A stretch of 64,000 nt of DNA from Bigelowiella natans CCMP2755 (lineage: Eukaryota; Protista; Cercozoa): positions 1 through 64,000 of the forward strand of contig ADNK01000510.1 of assembly GCA_000320545.1 (NCBI GenBank), given 5' to 3'. Of this stretch, positions 54,203 to 64,000 are shown one piece after another. A program made the translations under genes and the position numbers. The notes under the pieces are model-generated. The model made no database searches. It saw only the letters and a program-made list of their open reading frames with translations, and was not told where the DNA came from. How positions within the stretch are numbered: the stretch's first letter is position 1; each line of letters opens with the position of its first letter.

Positions 54203-54970
54203 GCAGCGGCAACCGAACGACATCTAAATTCTAATCTCTTGGAAATTAATCTACTTGGAGGGTGGGTGGGTAGGGCGGAGGATCTAATTTCGACTCTCTG
54301 TACCTGCAGCAGTTCATCATTCGCCTCTTTGATCTCAAGAAAGTTTGCAATTTTCCTCAGTGTCTGCATACATGCGCGATGAGGGTAAGATCAATCATGT
54401 GTTGAAAGAGGCATGAACGGCCTGCTGCCGAGAGAGGGGGGGGGGGGGGGGGAGACGAGCTAGCACCCGATTGTATTTTAGCTATCCCAAGGGAGGAGGA
54501 GGAGGAGGACGTGTAGGGAGTACAGACAACATACATGATCTCACCTTAATCGTGTCTGCGTGCAGCTCTTCATACGTCACCTAAGAGGAGAACCATTCAG
54601 ACTGTAACCACTTGCGATCACAAACATTGGGACGAATCGATATGGGGTAGATTAAAACACTCCCGTAATTTTATCAGAAGTGCCAACGATAACAGCTACA
54701 ACCATGTAACATCTAAAAGTAGCGATTACACGATATCTTGTTAGGATCTACGAGAAAACGATGATTTTTTAATCTGCAACACGAGTGCCACAGAACGAAA
54801 TCATTATCAAATAAGTTCTTTTGCAGCGTAACCATTTGAGACTACCCATAAGACTTGTTTAGGATTTTGTCGGTATTCCTCCCACCACCCCTGCAACACC
54901 ACCATGATTTGTGAGGTCAGTGGTATGCAGCCATGGCAGCAAGCAATTAGATGAGAGAGAAAGAGAAAGA

Positions 54971-55012
<42 letters not shown>

Positions 55013-55472
55013 AAGAAAATAGTGGTTTCATTATTTGATAAGAATAATGATAATGAGAGTAAGGGGGATGACAAAAGGCACGAGCAGGAGGAGGAGGAGG
55101 AGGAGGAGGAGGAGGAGGAGGCAAATATCATCCTTCCATCGTACCAGCAACTACCACTTTATAGAACCACCTTGTTGTGGTCAAACCACGACCCCCAGGC
55201 CATCCCTATGATGGGCGCACACATACACACACACACACACACACATAGTCACAAAGGACTTGGTATCATAATTATTAGAAAGAATGGAAATGAATTGCAA
55301 CCTCTCTCCATATACCACTTGCAGTAAGCTGAGAAGGGAAACGCCGCGGTCCGCTCACAGGTGCCTCTCTAATCATGTTGGTTGTTTATACAAACAAGGA
55401 TGATATACCGCATTTTAGCAAACTTGATATTCTACTCCGATGATGATATATTGTATGTGTAGCACCTTACTT

Positions 55473-55510
<38 letters not shown>

Positions 55511-57536
55511 TCTCTGTTTCCCTCCACTAACCATACCAAAACAGTTCTACAAATATTTGATGCGAGCTTGTCGTGTACATACATCCTCCTTGTTTGGAGT
55601 TGAGCTTCCAGGATGGTGGTATGCAGAGACGCAGGCGTCTGACGGAAATGAAAACGATGATAAATATGGAAAATGTGGGAAGATCTACTAAAAGGGGTCT
55701 GTGATGATATTCACTATTAAAGTTATGGCGTTTGTGTCGAATATATTCCAAAGAATAGCGCCAGAAACAATGTCACCGTCATCATCAAAGAACTTCGATC
55801 GATATTTAATATAAAGATTCTCACGATGACTTCTGTCCCACGAGACACTTAATCATGACGCAGAACAAAGATTTGTTGATAGGAATATTTCACACTACTC
55901 TTTAATCATTTTTCTTTGTTTTCTGGGCAATACGTTTAAAGTACCGAATGGGTTCCGAGTGACGTAAAGGACCTTGATCCCTTTTACTAGCCCCCCTTCT
56001 AATGATTCAATTCAAAAGATTGGACAGGAGGAAACGTAGGAATGAGACACTACATCGAACAAAGCAAAATAAAGAGTATACAGCAGTCAACGAGTCAAAT
56101 GAACATTACAATGGTAGTTTTACCACCTTTTGTTTGCCCAAGAAATGTGGTTCTGGGCATATGTTGTTTTAGCACCCTTTTCCGTAAGGAAGAAGGGATA
56201 AATGAGAGTCATGCATTGGAACAAATATATACGAGTTGCTTATGAGAGGAGTCCATAGAATTGACAAATTATGCTTGAATCTTATTTATTATGCTCAAAT
56301 TTTACAGCTGCTTTCATGACGTTTCCCTCCTCCTCATCCTCCTCCTCCTCCTCCCCTCATCACCTTCTTCCTTTCATCTTTCCCTCTTCCTCTCTCCTCG
56401 TCCCTTCTTCCCTGATCGAAATTACCTTCGGCCTTTCATTCTTGCAAACTCTTCCGTTGTGATGTTGATTCGGAACTCGCCTGCAAAAGCGTAGTTATTC
56501 CACAGAAACTTGTGAATCACACGTGCTGCTACTAATGCAATATATATAAAGACTGCATATGTTACAACATTACCTGATTTTGGTCGATTGGGCAGGTCAT
56601 CCGGATCCACCAAGGTCGCTAAAGGCCATATCTTTCCAAATTTTTGGTCTGTAAATTAGATTTGAATATACAGATATTTAGTAGGGGTATTTGAGTACTG
56701 CCCAATATAAATTACACTTTTTTGAAAACAGAGTGCCCTTATTTGGCCATTCCGGCGCACGCATGGCAACGTATACACATGTGTTTGTGTTCAAATATAC
56801 CTCGCGAATAGGTATTCTTCGATTCGGGGTCCATCATTTCCGTATTGCCGCCGTTAAGGAGCAGCAACACGATCTGATCGCAGCCGGATAAATGAAGCAG
56901 CTTTTAGTTGAAAGACTATCGGATGAGTCAGGAATATCTTCGCTAAGGCCCTCTCATTTTTCTCTCCGTGCTTCAAGTTTATCCATTCTATCTCTGCGAC
57001 CTGTTCTGCCCACGTAGTGCCACATTTTGGGTACGTGCAGATCACGATGTCGCCGTTCCGGAGTTTACAGTTATTTTCGAGCCTACGGCGCGACCAAGTC
57101 AGTGGTTATATATTCTCTGAAACAGCTCATTCAGACTATCTACTCGTATATGCCTGCCGGAGAGAGTTTGTTATTGCAGCCTCAGCTAAAAGAACTACCC
57201 ACCACTTGAGACGTTGGTGTGTCAGGAAGAAAGGGGTGTGCATGCCGCCGGCTTTCGCAAACTTAAGTTCCGGTGTCGTGTCTATACAAACAAAGAAAAA
57301 TCATTACAGACATAGTATGGTGAACAAGGAAGAATATTAGCGTTTGATTTACGCCCTGTCTTCTTGTTGCGCAGCCGAACCGAGAGCCCATCCTTCATAT
57401 CCTCTTCAAGGATGTCCCACACCCTTCGTTGAGCGAATTATCAGCCCAGCACACAGTTTCTAAGGAGGAAACAAAATCAATTACCTAAAGGAGCCCTCCC
57501 CTTTTGTTCTGCCATTCCACATTCGCCTTTGAACAT
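53204..57536 (-). CDS. Cytosolic-type PAPS-dependent sulfotransferase (Sulfotransfer_1 family), multi-exon; start uncertain
   Basis: 5'-PSB motif DIVICTYPKCGTTW, VLYVTRNP (3'-PB), GSWFDH, GWWE..VLW, TYEEL, LRKIANFL, HMRKGK; last exon ..FDIGDGELI-stop. Confidence 0.85.
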
Positions 57537-58109
57537 GTTGCAGAACTGATCGGAGAGCGACAGCAACAACTGTGACTCCGGCCGCAGTGACCACGGCAAC
57601 TCTATTCGTATCTCGGCCTAATTTCGGACATTACACATTAAACAAGAGGTCAAAGTCCATACATTTGAATAAACTATGCACCGCAATGGCGCGTGTGCAC
57701 TGAGATCAACAGCTATCACTGAATCCGAAATCGAGGAGACAGTCGGAACCTGTCGACATTGTTATGCGGTGATGATCTGTGAATCTTTTCTACCAAGAGT
57801 TAGTTCGAATTTTGGGCATAATATTACCATACTATATTTGAGACATAGTTTGATAAAGAAATCGCGAAAAAGAAATTCGGTGTGTCCAGATAACTTTTCA
57901 GTATACTTTGGATATTTTAGGTATAAATTCTTTATCTTCAGAGAATTTGGTGTTTGTCGTTGACGCAGGGAGAAAATGGCATTGGATTGTGTTGATTTAA
58001 GATCAAATCCCTCTTGCTCTCCCCCTCGGAGGAGATAACGCGGACGGCCACTCTTCTGCATCTTCTCTTTCTTTACTGATCGGGAAGGGGAAAGACGTCC
58101 CTCCTTCGA
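57537..58109. promoter_or_regulatory. Probable short bidirectional promoter between the divergent sulfotransferase and MED10 genes
   Basis: Head-to-head start codons ~570 bp apart. No specific motif identified. Confidence 0.35.
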
Positions 58110-58596
58110 ATGGAAAGTAAAAGATCGTCAGAGGGAGAGGCCAAGGTGAGATCATCCGCAGAACCGTTTAGAACGCGCATTTATGCATTTGTCTCTTGTT
58201 TTGGGTCATCAGCTGAGAAAGCTGGAGGAGGAAGTTGAAGGCACTATAGATACGATATGGCAATGTATGGTTCAAGTCCATGATTTGAGCAACGAAACAG
58301 GAAAACTAGAACAAAGCCAGAAGTCTCTCCATGCAAATTTGAATCATCTAATGGAAAATATTAAGCGTGTGCACAAGGTTTCTCAGGGCATAGATGATAA
58401 GATTCCACTTGAAGTAGTCCATCGCGTTGATCGTGGCCAAAATCCTGACATAGTGATGAAGGATCATGTACAGCAGGCTCTCACTAAAAATTTAGAAGCT
58501 AGAACACGTGTATTCGGAGCACATGCTCTGGAGTCAACCCTTTCAGAGTACATGAAAATGTGGGATGCAGATGAAAAAGTCTCTCAGAATAAATAG
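58110..58596 (+). CDS. MED10: Mediator of RNA polymerase II transcription subunit 10 (two exons: 58110-58145, 58213-58596)
   Basis: IPLEVVHRVDRGQNPDIVMKD matches the Med10/Nut2 signature (IP.EV..yiD.GrNP). In-frame GT-AG intron; ~139 aa. Confidence 0.8.
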
Positions 58597-59953
58597 ATTA
58601 ACACACATCCACAAGACAATACTAGTAAAATTTAATGCCATTGAAGTGTGCAATACATATATTTTTTTTCATACATGTCTCCTCATCTGCTTTGTGCCGC
58701 CGATGAGTACTAGAGTGCATACATATCGGATGCCGTGTCTATTAGATGCATAGATTTAGGAGATGTGGTGTACGAGCAAATGCATGTCGTGTGCAAATGA
58801 CAACATGTGCTTTGGCAGTCTACCTCTTCTTGAGCGTTTATTTGTCCAATTTAAGACGCAGAGAAAACATGTTTGTTAGAAACAAATGTGATGCGTAGCC
58901 TAGCGGTCGTTATTATACGCTAGCAGATTGTAAGTCCAATGAATTATGCGATGATGATTTTTGCAAATTTCTGCATGCACGCTGAGAGTGGAACTCCCTC
59001 AAAAGAACATTCCACGCAATACTAGCTGTGTGCACAATATGGATTTGAATCACATCTCAACAGCTAATGCTTGAGCGACGCGCTACACAAAAGGCAATGT
59101 GCTACATGTAACGTGCCATGCATATGCGATACATGTACGTCATTGTATACATGTGTAGACCATATTTCTTTCTATGTATAGCTGATTCCGTGACTATTAC
59201 GTTTTGCAACGGTATCCAATGCATAATTAATCACCACATGTTTTTGCTAACGAGTCATGATTGTGTTCTTCCTTGTGCAGGTCCAAAATACCCATCGACT
59301 TATAGATTTAGGTGGAGATAGGAAACATTTGTCACTGGTTGTTCGGCTTCAACTATTTGTTTCGTTTGTATTTCTGTTTGCCTTGTTACGGATAAAGTGT
59401 GTGTACATGGACGTTGCCGCAATGGGTTTAATTTACACAAACTTTGTCTCCAAAATGTTCGACCGATTATTCATGTATTGTTTTAATTCTGCCAATATAT
59501 CTTGTGTCAAATATCATTATGCACTTTGTGCGTGCATGTGCGATGCGGCATCCACTGGTCATTTCTGTTTCTGCGAAATCTGCCACGCGGGACCTTCTAG
59601 GAGTCCCGAGAATAACCTTAAAAGGGAGGGAATCACTCTATAACTTAACTAAGGTAGAAGAACCGAACAGATACCGCGAAACCTTCATCCGAGGGTGACT
59701 CGATGGGTTAATGTGGGTGGGGGGTAGATTGGATGCATAGTGGTTCGGAAATCAACGCTTCTTCCTTCCGAGATTCTGGAGCAGCCCACGTGTTCATCGA
59801 CCGAGTTTTCAATAAATATGAATAAATATGCTTGTCGTAGGTAATAATAGCAGGTTATTTATCGGGAAACAATCCATATTTTTCTGGTCTAGATCTAATC
59901 GCTTACGGACTCATTTGTCATCGTCGTTCAATACACGGCAGCGCACTGAAAGT

Positions 59954-61070
59954 ATGGAAGATTACTTCAGGAACATCCAGGAACAGCTGGAGGCTAAAGA
60001 AGCTGTTCGAGAAACCATTAGCTTGGCAGTAAAGTATTCGACTTCTTTTTTGCGCAGACAGTAATGATGTGCTTTTGACATCATCCATGCATTGCTACCG
60101 ATCCAACAGGAAATTGCAGCCGATAAACAGGGCGGTTGAGTCGAGCCTAGAGAAGGTGCAGACGAGTGTCGGAGATGCGAAGGCGCAAGAGTCGGTAATA
60201 CAAAAAGTCCGAGACCACCTTTCTGAACTGCAAAAGGTGTGGAAGGAGCTGGATGACGCTATCGGCACAAAAGTCTCCACAGAGCAGTATCGTAGAATGT
60301 GGGCTAGCACAATGAGTTCCTTTGCCATGGCTATAGTTTTCATTCATTGGATAGAGAAGAGAGAGTTGCTATGTAGAGACAAGGTCGAAGAAGCCATGTA
60401 CGTGGGGGAGAAATATAGTTCCAGGATACAGCTAGATTTTGAAGGTGCAGAACGAATTTACAGAATCCTGGATTGATCCTAGTTGTATCCCGGTTGATAT
60501 TAACTTTTCAACAGACTACCTCTCTGGAGTTTGTGCTGTCCCAAAAGAGTTGGTTTGTATTTCTCCATCGACATACATGCATCATTTTAGCTGAGGTTTG
60601 TGTGATGTTTTTGTAGGCGCGCCTCTGTCTTAATTCGGCTTCGCACGGCAGATACGAACTACTTGAAGACATTTCCAAGTGTGAATGTTTCTTGCTATTT
60701 GTTATCAAGACATATTTCCTCGTTTTATGGTGGCATACCTCATTTATTGCAAATCCATGCAATGATTTTGCAGATTTGTGACTGAGTTGTACGCTGGCTT
60801 TCGTTTGCTAAATCTTAAGAATGATAAATTGCGGTAATAAATGCAATCATCGACATATAAAGAAAGCTACAGGTTCTTATCTATCTTACTTATTTGTAGA
60901 CGTAAATTTGACGGGATTAAGTATGCTGTCCAGAAAATCGAGGAGGTAGATCGTCATGAGAATTACTGACGCTTAATCTAACTTTTATTTTGCAGGTGAT
61001 TTATGATGTGAAGGTACGCAGTTTAATGGATAAAAAAGATGGGTCATCAATGAAGAAGAGTACCTTATGA
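59954..61070 (+). CDS. TSN: Translin (multi-exon)
   Basis: Spliced product contains LDFE/DYLSGV..ELARLCLNS..G, ELYAGFRLLNLKNDKLRRKFDGIKYAVQKIEEVIYDVKVR. Confidence 0.9.
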
Positions 61071-62126
61071 GACTTGGTACGGGATCGTATGCATTAGATA
61101 GGCGATAGGTATATAGAAGCCAGATTCGCCATGGAATATATCAAGGAGATCTTGTGATTATATTGGCCATGCTCCGATGTGCGATATGAGAGAGTTTTGG
61201 CTTTGATGCGACAAGAATCCTATCAGAAAATTAAATAAAACATGGCATGATACGATGGATCACATGAATGTAGGATCCATAACATATTACATATTTAATA
61301 GAACATCATATACTAGGTTCTCTGTGTCTCTAAAATATGTCTATTTAATCAGTAAATGCGTACATGGAAACGATATTACATATCCAGTGTTACAACCCCC
61401 CCTCCCCCCTCCGCCCACCACACACAATAAAGCAAGTTTATATTTTATAAAGCCTGCAGAAATAATAATATTGACTGGCGTTGCAATTACAGATATTCAT
61501 ACATTTCTTTCGATGTTATTGCCGCATGTGCCGCATTGCAGCCGCGCTAGCGTGCCCAGTAATAGCTATAAACTAGCATCACAACCACTTAACGTACCTC
61601 GTATTTGCTCGATCTCTAGCTTTGCTAGTTTTGCAGTGCGTGTACGTAGCATGCAGATTGCCCTTGTAATTTTAGACACAACGCATGTGCTAAACATTGC
61701 ATGTGTGTTTTGTGTTTAGCTCCGCAAAGACTTACTGTAGCTAATCAAGCAAAGCTTAGCAATGTTTTGCATCCATGGAGTGACACCAGTGTGCTATGCT
61801 AGACGCGTGCGCTGCTGCTACGAACATACTGTGATGCGTACACTTATTGCTAGCCATGCAATCCATTATCGTGTAACTCCATGTCAAGCCATATATAGTT
61901 ATTGCCAGCTGGCTCTACGCGTCTGGCTACGGTATTAAATGCGCGTACTTCAGATTAACGTTTTTAATATGAAGGCTGTCGTACACCAACCTACTGCTTA
62001 AGATGATGGATATTATTTTATACTGCTCTTCCATGTTCATACCCATAGACGTACGACTGCATATCATGAATTATAATTTAACTTACGCCACACAGTTCAA
62101 AATTATAGACCAACAAATTCCCCGGT

Positions 62127-63304
62127 TTAAGTGTCATCTTCTTCTATCTCAACAGTTTCTATCATTTTTTTAATCCGAGCAAGCATGATAGGATTTGAGC
62201 TTGCACAATCTTGAACACCGTATGGACTCTGTATTATTACAGAACCTAATCCGGTGAAGTAGTATATCAACGGTTGCGATAATTAGCAAAGTGTTTGTAT
62301 TTACCATCAAGAACGTCTATTATGACATCTCCTGAACCCGCATCTCCCGCACGTTCAACGACTGGAATACGTTTCTATAGTAAATGATGAATAGATTAAT
62401 CCATAACAATATTCATGTAGAACTAGCAAGTAAGGAAGGATTGATGCAGTCCAAGGATTCTGATAAAAGTTTTTCTTGCCAAAGTTCGTCTATTTGTGCA
62501 TGCAATCAGATGAAATTCGAATTCATGGATTACAGGCTACGGACGAAGCTACATATATTTTGATGGGATGTACAAACCTTCTTGAAGCATTCCATTAGAA
62601 TCATTCGTTTTTTATCGAGGGACTTTCGATCTAACTTTAGCCTCGCTTTTTCGCTGCGAAACATATACAGATTCAGGCTACTTCATTTTTTAACATAGAC
62701 GCAGTACCTTGGACTAATTTTTTCCATATATTGACAGATCCTGTCAAAATTGCTCTTGTGTACTTTTCGAAGGCCTGAACGAGATGCATTGAATGATCCA
62801 GACAAGAAACTGTTGCAAAATAGCTATCCACCTACCTCTGATCCAGTCACTACCATGTAACGTGATACATGTAGCTTGAAATTTCATTTTTTCTGCAGAA
62901 GCCATAGCCAAGTTTGCAGGATCTGAAGCGCGTCCAAGTAGGATCAACAGCCTGAAAGTTGCATGTTCTCTGTGAATTATTGCAGTGCAAAAGGGTGAGA
63001 TTCAATCAATTCGTACCCAGAGGCCGGATCGATGGCATATACGATGCCCTTGAGAATCTTCGAGCCTTTAACTTTCACCTCTGCAACCCACCCCTAATTT
63101 GTTCAAGATTATTAAAATTTGTGATGTCGTATGTATTGCAACTCTAAATGAGACCTCCATGGCCAGTAGTTCTGACGTCTTAGCGTTCCCTGTGCAAACA
63201 GGTTGACGGAGCTGGGTAACTTTCTCCTCACACACAGTGGATTTCCTGCCTCCCCGTTGTAGATATCCCCCTCGATTCTCTCCTATTCGATCATGGGATT
63301 CCAT
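62127..63304 (-). CDS. GEMIN6: Gemin6-like Sm-fold/AD-domain protein (multi-exon; start uncertain)
   Basis: VKVKGSKILKGIVYAIDPASG (Sm-like), LDKKRMILMECFKK/KRIPVVE and SPYGVQDCASSNPIMLARIKKMIE-...stop resemble Gemin6. An Lsm12-type paralogue is not excluded. Confidence 0.65.
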
Positions 63305-64000
63305 GACGTCGACGAGGGTTACTCGTTGTGAGCTAAGCAGGGAGGAGAACGGGCGACCGGGAGGGAAGACGGCGCGGAATTTAGCGGTTCTCCTCGGCAA
63401 CTCAATCAGTGAAATAGATCTGCAACATGTGCGACAATGAAGATAACCACCGATTTTTTAAATTATCAACTAGCCGATCGGTGACTTTGCCAGAGTCTTA
63501 GCCTGATTCTGTTGTCGTAGGATGGAATTTATTGGGCTTCACGCTATCCTCTGTCTGTGGAGAAATTGAAAATGCAGCATTGGCGATTTATGCTTAGATT
63601 TTCATATGACGTCTACATAAAAATGTTAACGTAGGTAGTTATTTGCGACTGTTCGAAAGCTGGAGAGAGTGAATCTCCGTACTTTCGAGATCGAGACGGA
63701 TCATCTTCCGAACATGAGCCAGAATGACCATTTCAAATGAATTTCTAGGCTTTTCCGACTTTAATTTTATGTCTTAATCTAATAAAGCAAGGAAATCTCA
63801 GCAAACCTAAATGTTCGGATCTCATATGTATATCTGAATTCGTTGCTGGCCACACAAAACACATACTTCACTTGCTTGAAATCACGTAGGGAATTCCTCT
63901 CGGTGTGCGATTGACCCTTTTTTCGAATAAAAAACCATTGTAGAATTGTCGCTAAATAAAAATATATTGAATAGGATATTGTTGGCAAATTTATCGCTCG

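Overview
Intron-rich eukaryotic nuclear DNA with microsatellite-laden introns. Two proteins carry bipartite signal + transit leaders, which suggests a secondary-plastid alga, most plausibly a chlorarachniophyte (inference). Positions 1-6937 hold a young, rearranged Ty3/gypsy LTR retrotransposon: an intact single gag-pol ORF, a 326-bp 3' LTR, an inverted second copy carrying a 5' LTR and PBS, and a 644-bp duplication. Its integrase has a short D(27)E spacing and ends in a domain resembling the Dam-type N6-adenine methyltransferase domain of DIRS elements. Host genes are a GT32-[discoidin-like]x2-GT32 fusion, a plastid-targeted tRNA-binding OB protein, a PH-PH-coiled-coil-LRR protein, a ~2,450-aa membrane protein with a MICAL-like flavin monooxygenase domain and three WW domains, a GH2 beta-mannosidase, plastid coproporphyrinogen III oxidase, a SULT-type sulfotransferase, MED10, translin and a Gemin6-like protein. 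The strongest non-genic signal is a set of intergenic islands almost free of TpA except within CTAG, while CpG is kept. This suggests a locus-targeted TA->TG/CA hypermutation process, the reverse of fungal RIP. The retroelement sits against one such island. All domain calls are by-eye motif matches and exon boundaries are approximate.
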